Notes under the pieces: generated by a model
What the model was told of the DNA's origin: nothing
The model's input: the letters and a program-made list of their open reading frames with translations, nothing else
Databases searched by the model: none
Source: an uncultured Planctomycetota bacterium
Lineage (GTDB): Bacteria; Planctomycetota; Planctomycetia; Gemmatales; Gemmataceae
DNA: 64,000 nucleotides
Assembly (NCBI GenBank): GCA_963849325.1
Contig: CAWKHF010000006.1
Coordinates: 736,001 to 800,000 of the forward strand
Reading direction: 5' to 3'
Program-made: the position numbers and the translations under genes
Shown: in pieces, positions 1 through 7,585 of the stretch
Layout of the letters: each line of letters opens with the position of its first letter
Numbering within the stretch: position 1 is the stretch's first letter

Positions 1-1672
1 CGGCATCGCCGGTGAATACCAGTCCGCCGCCCGTGGCGAGCACTCCCGCAACCATCGGCGAGCGCGTGGCTACGTCCCATTTGATCTTGCCCGTCTTGAC
101 GTCAATGGCCTTCAGCGAGCCGGACGCCTGGTTATCGATTAACGTCAGCGAGCTGCCCCAATAGGGCTGCCCCTTGATGAAGAACGCCTTGCCGGAAGTG
201 AACTTGGCGCAGTTGTTGATGACCGGCACGTAGGCGAAGCCGGTGCCGGGGTGATAGGCCATCGGGTTCCACTCTTTGCCGCCGGCGGCGCCGGGGCAGA
301 CGCGCACACCCTTTTCGGTCGGCAGCGCGGCCGGGTTGACAAACGGCCGGCCTGTGTCCGGATCGAGTCCGTCCACGCCTTTCTTGCGGTCGGTCCAGGT
401 CACTTCGCAGAAGGGCTTGCCGTAGAGAAATTTGCCGGTTTCGCGGTTGAGACAATAAAAGTAGCCGTTGCGATGGGCCTGCACCAACGCCTTGATCCGC
501 TTGCCGTCCTTCTCGACATCGACCAACAGCGGTTCGTTGACGCCGTCATAATCCCAGACATCGTGAGGGCTGTTCTGGAAGTGCCACTTGTAGCTGCCGT
601 CGTCGGGGTTGAGGGCGAGGATGGAGCAGGTGTAGAGGTTGTCGCCTTTGCGCACGTCGCCGTTGAAGTCCGGCGAAGGATTGCCGATGCCCCAGTACAG
701 GGTGTTCAACTGGGGATCGTAAGTGCCCGTGACCCAGGCCGAACCGCCGCCGGTGAGCCACGATTGGCCCTGCCAACTGGCCAAGGCTTTTTGGGCGTGC
801 GCTGCCTTGTCGTTGGGACTGGGCACGGTCCAGAAACGCCATAGGCGTTTGCCGCTCTTGGCGTCATAGGCGTCGAGGAAGCCGCGGATGCCGTATTCCG
901 CACCGCTGATACCCATAATCACCTTGTCCTTGACCACCAGCGGAGCGACGGTGGCGCTGTAGGCCAATTTGTAAATGTCCTTGATCTCCTTGCCATCGTC
1001 GCCCGTAACCGTGATCGCCGTGTCCCAGATCTCCTCGCCGGTGTTGCGGTCGAGACAGACCAGATGGGCGTCGAGCGTGGTCATGTAGAGGCGCTCGCCC
1101 CAGGCGGCGAAGCCGCGGTTGACGGCGTCGCAGCACAGGGCCATGTTTTCGGGCAGCGATTTCTGGTAATGCCACAGCTGCGACCCGGTCTTGCAATCGA
1201 TGGCATAGGCATGGTTCCAGGGCGTCGTCACATACATAATGCCGTCGATGACCAACGGCGTGCATTCGAAGCCGTCGAGAACGCCCGTCTGAAACGACCA
1301 TTGGGGGATCAGGCGTGCCACGTTCTTTTTGTTGATTTGCTTCAGGGGGCTATAGCGATGGGCGTCATAGGTTCGGCCGTACATGAGCCAGTTGTCCTGG
1401 TTGTCCGCGGCGTGCAAGAGGTGATCCTGCGTGACGGCGCCGACGGGGCCTGCCGCTCCCTCGTCCGCCTTGGCCTTGGCCGATGGCGTATCGTCCTTGG
1501 CGGCGGGCTTCTCCCCCGCCTGCGACTTCTCGCTGGCCCGCGACTGCGGATCCGGTTCAGCAGCCGGCTCCTCAAGGGACCGCCCGCAGCCGATTGACGA
1601 GCAGACAAAAAGGAGTAAAGCAATCCAAGATAGTCCGCGCAGGAATACACGAGACGGTGAAGAGAGGTGCAT
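1..1672 (-). CDS. PQQ-dependent alcohol dehydrogenase (methanol/ethanol family), probable lipoprotein; runs off the window start
   Basis: Manual translation from ATG 1672: MHLSSPSRVFLRGLSWIALLLFVCSSIGC... then NWLMYGRTYDAHRYSPLKQIN, vicinal CC (ALCCDAVNRG), GISGAEYGIRGFLDAYD, LYWGIGNPSP, HDVWDYDGVNE, QAHRNGYFY. Absent from the ORF track because no stop lies in the window. Confidence 0.93.
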   Translation of the reverse strand, partial: MHLSSPSRVFLRGLSWIALLLFVCSSIGCGRSLEEPAAEPDPQSRASEKSQAGEKPAAKDDTPSAKAKADEGAAGPVGAVTQDHLLHAADNQDNWLMYGRTYDAHRYSPLKQINKKNVARLIPQWSFQTGVLDGFECTPLVIDGIMYVTTPWNHAYAIDCKTGSQLWHYQKSLPENMALCCDAVNRGFAAWGERLYMTTLDAHLVCLDRNTGEEIWDTAITVTGDDGKEIKDIYKLAYSATVAPLVVKDKVIMGISGAEYGIRGFLDAYDAKSGKRLWRFWTVPSPNDKAAHAQKALASWQGQSWLTGGGSAWVTGTYDPQLNTLYWGIGNPSPDFNGDVRKGDNLYTCSILALNPDDGSYKWHFQNSPHDVWDYDGVNEPLLVDVEKDGKRIKALVQAHRNGYFYCLNRETGKFLYGKPFCEVTWTDRKKGVDGLDPDTGRPFVNPAALPTEKGVRVCPGAAGGKEWNPMAYHPGTGFAYVPVINNCAKFTSGKAFFIKGQPYWGSSLTLIDNQASGSLKAIDVKTGKIKWDVATRSPMVAGVLATGGGLVFTGDA

Positions 1673-1824
1673 AGCGCTCACGGCGGTTCCCTCATTGGAG
1701 CGGAAAGATGCTTGCCCGCGTGGGACGGGGCCAATAATACTCCACGCTGATGAACAGTCAAGCAATTTCATCGGATCGCCGCGGAAGGCGGAAGGGGGTG
1801 GGCGTCATGACTTCGGCGCGGGAC

Positions 1825-2238
1825 TCAGGCAGGCGGATGTCGGCCGCGGACAGTTTCCTCTTGGCGGATGGCGATGATGAGCGGACGGTTCATCGCCAGG
1901 GCCATCACGGTGGCCCGTCCAGTCGGCGTCCGCGGCACGACCCTTGCGCCGTCCCAACGGAAGTGTTTGCCCCAGCTTTGTGTCCGCGGGTTAAACAACG
2001 GCACTTCTTCACCCGTGTCGGGATCGGCGGCCGTCTGTTTCGCCCACTTTCGCAGCGAACAGGAAACACACGCCAGAGCGAGGTTGTCTGCGGTGGTCGG
2101 CCCACCGGCCGCTCGGGGGACGACGTGGTCAATGTGAAACGTCGCCTCCTGCCCAAGTTGAGACAACTGACAGTACTCGCATCGATTGCCCGCCCGGAGC
2201 ATGACTTCTGCCTGGAGGCGGGGGGAGATGTCGCTCAT
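1825..2238 (-). CDS. HNH endonuclease
   Basis: RCEYC...FHIDHVVPRAAGGPTTADNLALACVSC...PLFNPR motifs. Confidence 0.9.
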   Translation of the reverse strand: MSDISPRLQAEVMLRAGNRCEYCQLSQLGQEATFHIDHVVPRAAGGPTTADNLALACVSCSLRKWAKQTAADPDTGEEVPLFNPRTQSWGKHFRWDGARVVPRTPTGRATVMALAMNRPLIIAIRQEETVRGRHPPA

Positions 2239-2444
2239 GGGGTCATTCGCTCGGCCCGCAGTCGCAACAAAGTGAGGAACTCCGCCAGATCGACCAGTCC
2301 CTCGGCCTCCTCACGCTCCTGCGCGGACAGCGGTTGGCCGGAATCCTGACGGTCGAGAAGTGTCTGCAAGCGGGCGGCGACAGCTTCCGGCAGCCGGAAT
2401 CGAGCGAGATCGTCGGGGAGATCGACTTCAAGGGTCAAGGTCAT
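2235..2444 (-). CDS. Small antitoxin-like protein coupled to the HNH gene
   Basis: MTLTLEVDLPDDLARFRLPEAVAARLQTLLDRQ...; GGAGG upstream of ATG 2444; 4-bp overlap with the HNH start. Confidence 0.7.
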   Translation of the reverse strand: MTLTLEVDLPDDLARFRLPEAVAARLQTLLDRQDSGQPLSAQEREEAEGLVDLAEFLTLLRLRAERMTP

Positions 2445-2606
2445 GCGAGCCTCCACGTTACCGTTACCCCATCATTTTACTATCGACGGGTGGACGGGAA
2501 CAGCCAAAGCTCAGGAATCGGATCATGCGAGAGACGCGATAAAGTCAGACGAGGCGTGATTCGCGCGGCCGTTCTGCTGGAGCGGCTGATTCGGCTGCCT
2601 CACTCT

Positions 2607-3017
2607 TTATCGGTGGTCCCCGGATCTTGGCCGCCGACCAAAAACCTCCACTACGGTTGAGTCCGCATCGGTAACTCTTTCACCGGCAACTTGAAGCACC
2701 GTGACATAGTCGATGGTATCATCTTTGTAGAAGGCCAGGGAGGAGTATTGTGACTCATCTTTACGGAGCTGACACTCGCAAAGTGCATCGACAATGAGTT
2801 TGGCCACGTTCTCAATATCGAAGCGGCGTGGGCCAGCCTTTCGAACGAGGATGCGGAACGCCCATTGCTTGACCTCGGAAGGAACCGAATTGCGCTCCGA
2901 CAACTCTGAAATCTCCGAAACGAAATGAGGATGGCCAGCAAGAGGCGCACCGTGGCGGACCAGGTGCCACCGACAACTCTGTAACCTCCGAAACGAAATG
3001 AGGGTGAACGTTCTCAA
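2607..3017 (-). CDS. RusA-like Holliday-junction resolvase/nuclease (5' end uncertain)
   Basis: RRFDIENVAKLIVDAL...FYKDDTIDYV resembles the RusA DxDNxxKxxxDAL...DD motifs; the 5' part contains a duplicated 34-bp segment. Confidence 0.55.
   Translation of the reverse strand: MRTFTLISFRRLQSCRWHLVRHGAPLAGHPHFVSEISELSERNSVPSEVKQWAFRILVRKAGPRRFDIENVAKLIVDALCECQLRKDESQYSSLAFYKDDTIDYVTVLQVAGERVTDADSTVVEVFGRRPRSGDHR
2897..3003. repeat. Two-copy 34-bp direct repeat, period 73 bp
   Basis: ccgacaactctgaaatctccgaaacgaaatgagg (2897-2930) vs ccgacaactctgtaacctccgaaacgaaatgagg (2970-3003), 2 mismatches. Confidence 0.9.
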
Positions 3018-3042
3018 GTCGCAATCTCTCGCTCTGTTCCCG

Positions 3043-4152
3043 CTATCCTGGATTTGGGCATGGATTCCGGCGCCAGGACCACGCCCTGGAAAGGTCCAAC
3101 TCCAACGATGTTGAAGCTCTCTGCGCCTGGGCCGCTACCCTCTCGTGGTACGGCGATAGTCCACACACCGGGTCGGTATTGGCCGCGTCGCCGGTCAGCA
3201 GGGCCGCCTGGCAGCGGCAGCCGCCGAAATCCCGCTCGCGCTCCGGACAGCTGCGGCACGGCTCCGGCATCCAGCCGGTGCCCCGGAAGCGATTGAACGC
3301 CTCCGACTCCTCCCAGATCCACCGCAGCGACCGACGACGGACGTTCTCAAATCGAAGTCCCGCGATCCCCCCCGCGGTCGGGCAGGGCAGCACGTCGCCC
3401 ACCGGGTTGACGGTCAGGTGCCGTTGCCCCCAGCCGTTCATGCACGGCTTGGGACGGTCGCCGAGATAGTCCGGCAACACGTAGACGACTTGCATCCGCC
3501 CGCGCAGACGCTCGGCGGCAGCCGTGGCTGCCGCCTGGGCCGCCTCCGCTTGACTCCGCGATGGCAGCAGCGACGCCTGGTTGCGCAGCGCCCAACCGTA
3601 GTACTGCGTGTTCGCCAGCTCCAGACGTTCGGCCCCCAGTCCCTCCGCCAGGGCCACCAGCGCCTCGATGCGGTCGATGTTCTCCCGGTGCAGGACCACG
3701 TTGAGGGTCAGCGGCCAGCCCAGCTCGACCGCCAGCCGCGCCGCTTCCAACTTGCGGGCGTGGGCGTGTACGCCCGCGAGGGTATCCGCCGCTGCCACTT
3801 CGTCCGCCTGGAAACTGATTTGCACGCTGTCCAGTCCGGCTTGTCGCAGTCGCTCGCCGCGCGCCCGCGTGAGTCCGATTCCGCTCGTCAGCAGGTTCGT
3901 GTATAACTCCGCCGCGCGGGCCACCTGCACCAATTCCGGCAGGTCGGAGCGCAGCAACGGCTCGCCCCCCGAGAAGTGAACGTGCACCACCCCCAGCTCT
4001 CCCGCCTCGCCCAGCACACGCTGCCATTGGGCTGTCGTCAGCTCCTCCTCGGCCGGCGAGAACTCCGTGGGGTTGGAGCAGTAGGGGCAGTGCAACGGAC
4101 AACGATACGTCAGCTCCGCCAGCAGTCCCAGCGCCGCGGCGCGGCCCGACAT
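3043..4152 (-). CDS. pqqE: PQQ biosynthesis radical SAM/SPASM protein PqqE
   Basis: LLAELTYRCPLHCPYCSNP, FSGGEPL, RPKPCMNGWG, PEPCRSCPERERDFGGCRCQA; operon context. Confidence 0.97.
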   Translation of the reverse strand: MSGRAAALGLLAELTYRCPLHCPYCSNPTEFSPAEEELTTAQWQRVLGEAGELGVVHVHFSGGEPLLRSDLPELVQVARAAELYTNLLTSGIGLTRARGERLRQAGLDSVQISFQADEVAAADTLAGVHAHARKLEAARLAVELGWPLTLNVVLHRENIDRIEALVALAEGLGAERLELANTQYYGWALRNQASLLPSRSQAEAAQAAATAAAERLRGRMQVVYVLPDYLGDRPKPCMNGWGQRHLTVNPVGDVLPCPTAGGIAGLRFENVRRRSLRWIWEESEAFNRFRGTGWMPEPCRSCPERERDFGGCRCQAALLTGDAANTDPVCGLSPYHERVAAQAQRASTSLELDLSRAWSWRRNPCPNPG

Positions 4153-4520
4153 GGCGAACGGCCGGCGTTAGCCGGCTGGTTGGAGCCGTATCGGCTAGTC
4201 GAAGTCGTACCAGCCGGCTGACGCCGGCCGTTCGCCTCTAACAGTCCACACCGGCGCAGGCGGTCGAGGAACTCACTCGCCTCGCTCCGGAGCACCTCCG
4301 GGGGGACCGCATACCGGCCCTCTAACTCCGCCACGATTTCCGCCAGCGTGCGACGGCCATCACACAGGCCCGCGATCACGGCGGCTGTGGCGTTGAGCCA
4401 CAATACCCCTTCGGGGTAGAGAATCAGCGGCGCGCCGCTGATGCGGTCCTTCGCCATGCGAGTCTTCCTCGCCAGGCAGGGCCGAACCTGGAGGTCCAGG
4501 GACTTCTCGTCATTTCGCAT
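4110..4520 (-). CDS. pqqD: PQQ peptide chaperone PqqD, C-terminus extended through a palindromic element
   Basis: LILYPEGVLWLNATAAVIAGLCDGRRTLAEIVAELEGRY; lies between pqqC and pqqE. Confidence 0.9.
   Translation of the reverse strand: MRNDEKSLDLQVRPCLARKTRMAKDRISGAPLILYPEGVLWLNATAAVIAGLCDGRRTLAEIVAELEGRYAVPPEVLRSEASEFLDRLRRCGLLEANGRRQPAGTTSTSRYGSNQPANAGRSPCRAAPRRWDCWRS
4153..4236. repeat. REP-like palindrome, family 1 (28-bp arms)
   Basis: ggcgaacggccggcgttagccggctggt (4153-4180) / accagccggctgacgccggccgttcgcc (4209-4236), 1 mismatch; same family as 20194-20264. Confidence 0.9.
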
Positions 4521-5232
4521 GGTCGTAAGCCTGCGTCAAGGCATCCAGCATGGCCCACAACACATCGCACTTGAATTCCAGGGCCGCGACGGCTTGCTGC
4601 TGCAATTCCGCCCTCGTGCAGTGAGCGAGGGTCACCTCCAAGGCGTGCGCCGCGTCCTGCCGGGCCTGCGTCAGTCGCGCCCGGAAGTAGGCCAGCCCCC
4701 AGGACGGCACCCAGGGATAATGCCGCTCGAAGGCGGCCAATCGCTCGCCCATCAGGTCGGGAGCGAACAGTTCGGTCAGCGAGGAGGCGACCGCGACGGG
4801 CCACGGCCGACACCGGGCGAACTGCACGTAGGCGTCCACGGCAAAGCGAACACCGGGCAGCAGCCGCCGCTCCTCCCATACCTCGTCTCTCGTCAGGCCC
4901 GTCGCCTCGGCCAGCCGGAGCCATGCCTCGATCCCCCCCTGCCCAGGCTCCGTCCCATCGTGATCGAGCAATCGGCGAACCCAGATGCGGCGCACCTCCG
5001 GCAAGGGGCAGTTCGACAGGATGGCCGCGTCCTTGATCGGGATGTTCCGCTGATAGTAGAAGCGATTGGCCACCCAGGCGCGGAGCTGGTCCGGGTTGAG
5101 TTCTCCGGAGTTCATGCGGCGATGGAACGGATGTTTGTCGTGGTATCGATCCTGGCCGACGGCCCGCAGCCGCGCCAGGAACGTCGATTGGTCCCATGAT
5201 CCCCCGCCGGTTGGTGCCTCGTGGGCCTTCAT
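4510..5232 (-). CDS. pqqC: Pyrroloquinoline-quinone synthase PqqC
   Basis: RYHDKHPFH, WVANRFYYQRNIPIKDAAILSNCP, RFAVDAYV, SSLTELFAP, FKCDVLWAMLDAL. Confidence 0.97.
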   Translation of the reverse strand: MKAHEAPTGGGSWDQSTFLARLRAVGQDRYHDKHPFHRRMNSGELNPDQLRAWVANRFYYQRNIPIKDAAILSNCPLPEVRRIWVRRLLDHDGTEPGQGGIEAWLRLAEATGLTRDEVWEERRLLPGVRFAVDAYVQFARCRPWPVAVASSLTELFAPDLMGERLAAFERHYPWVPSWGLAYFRARLTQARQDAAHALEVTLAHCTRAELQQQAVAALEFKCDVLWAMLDALTQAYDHAK

Positions 5233-6149
5233 AGACGGAACTCCAGGCCATCCCAGCCGACCTCGGTGCCGGCCTTCTCCACGGCTCGCCGCTGGGGAGA
5301 ATCGTCGCGGAGCATGGGATTGGTGTTGTTGATGTGGACGTAGATCTTGCGGACCGCGGGCAGAGAGGCCACCGCGATCAAGCTGCCGTCCTCCGATCCG
5401 ACGGGGAGATGGCCCATGGCTCGCGCCGAAGCCCCGTCCGCGCCGACGATCCGCATCTCCTCGTCGCTCCAGAACGTGCCGTCCAGGAGCAAGGCATCGG
5501 CATCTCGCAACCGCGTCAGCACGTCACCGTCAAGGGCGGCCAGGCCGGGGACGTACACCAATCGCCCCCCCGTGGCCTCATCCACGAGCTGGTATCCCAC
5601 GGTATCCTCTCCGCTGGGGGAGGCCCGACCTTCTCGGTAACGCGGTAACTTGCCGGGGACCGGAAAGGCCGCGTAACTCAATCCGCTCAACGTCCCGTCC
5701 GCGCAGGTCAGCGGAGCCAGGCTCGCGGGCGGCCGGCGCCAATCCAGCCCGCCATAGCGATCGAGCACTTCGGTCAGACGAAGCCCCTCGTCGAGGGCGC
5801 GCCGCACCGAGGAAGTGGCGTGAATGGACAGCCGTCCGCCCTCACGGAGCACCAACAGACCAAGCGTGTGATCCAGATCGGCACTCGTCACCAGGATCCC
5901 CTGGATTGCGCTGCCGCGGATGGTCCCGTACGGCAGCAGAGGAGCGAACGATTCGATCTGGACGCGAACGTCCGGGGAGGCGTTGAGGAGGAACCAGCGC
6001 CGCCCGTCGGCGCTGACGGCCACGCACGACTGGGTGCGCGGCCGTGCCCGCACGGTGCCTCGGCGGACACCTTCGCAATTGAGGCATCCGCAGTTCCATT
6101 GGGGGAAGCCACCTCCAGCCGCCGTGCCCAGGAGACGAACGTGCATCAC
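5229..6149 (-). CDS. pqqB: PQQ biosynthesis protein PqqB
   Basis: LLGTAAGGGFPQWNCGCLNC, RTQSCVAVS, NASPD, DGTFWSDEEM, MGH, HINNTNP. Confidence 0.97.
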   Translation of the reverse strand: MMHVRLLGTAAGGGFPQWNCGCLNCEGVRRGTVRARPRTQSCVAVSADGRRWFLLNASPDVRVQIESFAPLLPYGTIRGSAIQGILVTSADLDHTLGLLVLREGGRLSIHATSSVRRALDEGLRLTEVLDRYGGLDWRRPPASLAPLTCADGTLSGLSYAAFPVPGKLPRYREGRASPSGEDTVGYQLVDEATGGRLVYVPGLAALDGDVLTRLRDADALLLDGTFWSDEEMRIVGADGASARAMGHLPVGSEDGSLIAVASLPAVRKIYVHINNTNPMLRDDSPQRRAVEKAGTEVGWDGLEFRL

Positions 6150-6182
6150 CTTCTCCGCGCCAGGTCGCTCCGCTCGCGTCCC

Positions 6183-6344
6183 TCAAAGGGGAGGCAGCCG
6201 AACTTCGCCGGACACTCGTTCGTCCACTCCCCGGCAAGCCGAGAGATCGTTTGTCTCGAAGGCATCCTGCGTGCCGGCGTACGCCGTGCATTCTCCCGCC
6301 ACGTCGATTTCCTGAAAATCCGGTTTGGACCATTGATCATTCAC
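6183..6344 (-). CDS. pqqA: PQQ precursor peptide PqqA (53 aa)
   Basis: Manual translation from GTG 6344 with AAGGAG upstream: MNDQWSKPDFQEIDVAGECTAYAGTQDAFETNDLSACRGVDERVSGEVRLPPL*; WxKP leader and ExxxY core; directly upstream of pqqB. Confidence 0.9.
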   Translation of the reverse strand: MNDQWSKPDFQEIDVAGECTAYAGTQDAFETNDLSACRGVDERVSGEVRLPPL

Positions 6345-6637
6345 GACTCATCTCCTTTCGTGCCTGCTCCGGAGCCTCGGCCGTAACACCAACGGCGGAG
6401 GGTATCACTACCGAATAGCGATTGCAAGGATTTTCCCCCATTCGATCCGAAGGGGGCTTTGCCCATAAACCCCTCGAAACGGTGAGATGCCGAAGGTGGG
6501 TGGGAGCCTCTCTTTGCCAGATTCCTATGTCCCCGAGTTTATGGGCAAAGCCAGGTTTACGGGCAGACGCCGGTTTACAGACAAAGCCCTACCGCACGCC
6601 TACAACAGAAGTCATCATCTCTTGGGAGGATTGACTC

Positions 6638-7418
6638 GTGGCGGTACTGGACAAGTTCCGACTGGAGGGTCGCCGCGCCCTGGTGACGGGCGGCAGTCGC
6701 GGTCTGGGGCGGGCGATGGCGCAGGCGTTCGCCGAGGCGGGAGCGGACCTGATCCTTGTCGGCCGGGACGCCGACAGTTTGAACCGCGCCTGCGACGAAC
6801 TGCAACCTCTCGGCCACGACATCCGCACGATCGCCGCCGACCTGTCCAGCGGCGAATCGGCGGAGCGTCTGTGTGACGTATTGCTCGGCGAGCATCCGCC
6901 CATCGACATTCTGGTCAACAACGTCGGCGGCCGGCGCGAGAACATCGCCACCGAGGACATGCCGCTGGAGACGTGGCAGCGACTGATCGACCTGAACCTG
7001 ACCAGCGCGTTCGTATGCAGCAAGCGTCTCGGCGGCGCCATGCTGCGCGCGGCGCTGGGGCCGCATCCTCAACATCGCTTCCATCTGCGGCCAGATCGCC
7101 ACGCGCAACATCCACGGCCGGCATTACGAGACGGCCAAGGCGGCGCTGGTCGGCTTCAGCCGCGCCCTCGCCGCCGACTGGGCGCCGTTCGGCATCACCG
7201 TCAACGCCATCGCGCCGGGCGGTTTCCTGACCGACGCCAATCGCCGTTGGTTCCGCGAACGCCCCAGTTTTCAGAAGGAGGTCGAAGCGCTCATCCCGAT
7301 GGGCCGCCTCGGCGAGCCGGACGAGATTGGCCCGCTGGCGCTGTACCTCGCCAGTGAGGCGTCACGGTACATGACCGGCGCCTTGCTCGTGATCGATGGC
7401 GGCTATACGCTGTGGTAA
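6638..7418 (+). CDS. Short-chain dehydrogenase/reductase (apparent frameshift near 7050)
   Basis: ALVTGGSRGLG, DILVNNVG; after the shift GRILNIAS, HYETAKAAL (YxxxK), ITVNAIAPG, IPMGRLGEPDEI, VIDGGYTLW* (TAA 7416-7418). Confidence 0.9.
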
Positions 7419-7463
7419 AGTTCCGCTCCTCCGCCTTGGCTCCCGCGAAAAATACTCCTCAGA

Positions 7464-7516
7464 GCCCGCGGCGTCAGCGAGGGAAGCAGTCGGCCTCCCT
7501 CATTGACGCTGCGGGC
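7464..7516. repeat. Imperfect REP-like palindrome between convergent genes
   Basis: gcccgcggcgtcagcgaggga ... tccctcattgacgctgcgggc. Confidence 0.6.
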
Positions 7517-7585
7517 ACCGACCACGGTATTTCACTCGGGCCGAAGCCGTAAGATCATGCCACCCTTCCCATGAACCTCCCGACA

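Noticed and set aside
2897-3003. CRISPR mini-array (34-bp repeat, 39-bp spacer)
   Set aside because: Only two copies, no internal palindrome or GAAA(C/G) end, no cas genes, and the differences look like conservative coding changes.
6146-6340. 64-aa ORF upstream of pqqB
   Set aside because: It overlaps the true pqqA frame, which has the RBS and the ExxxY motif.
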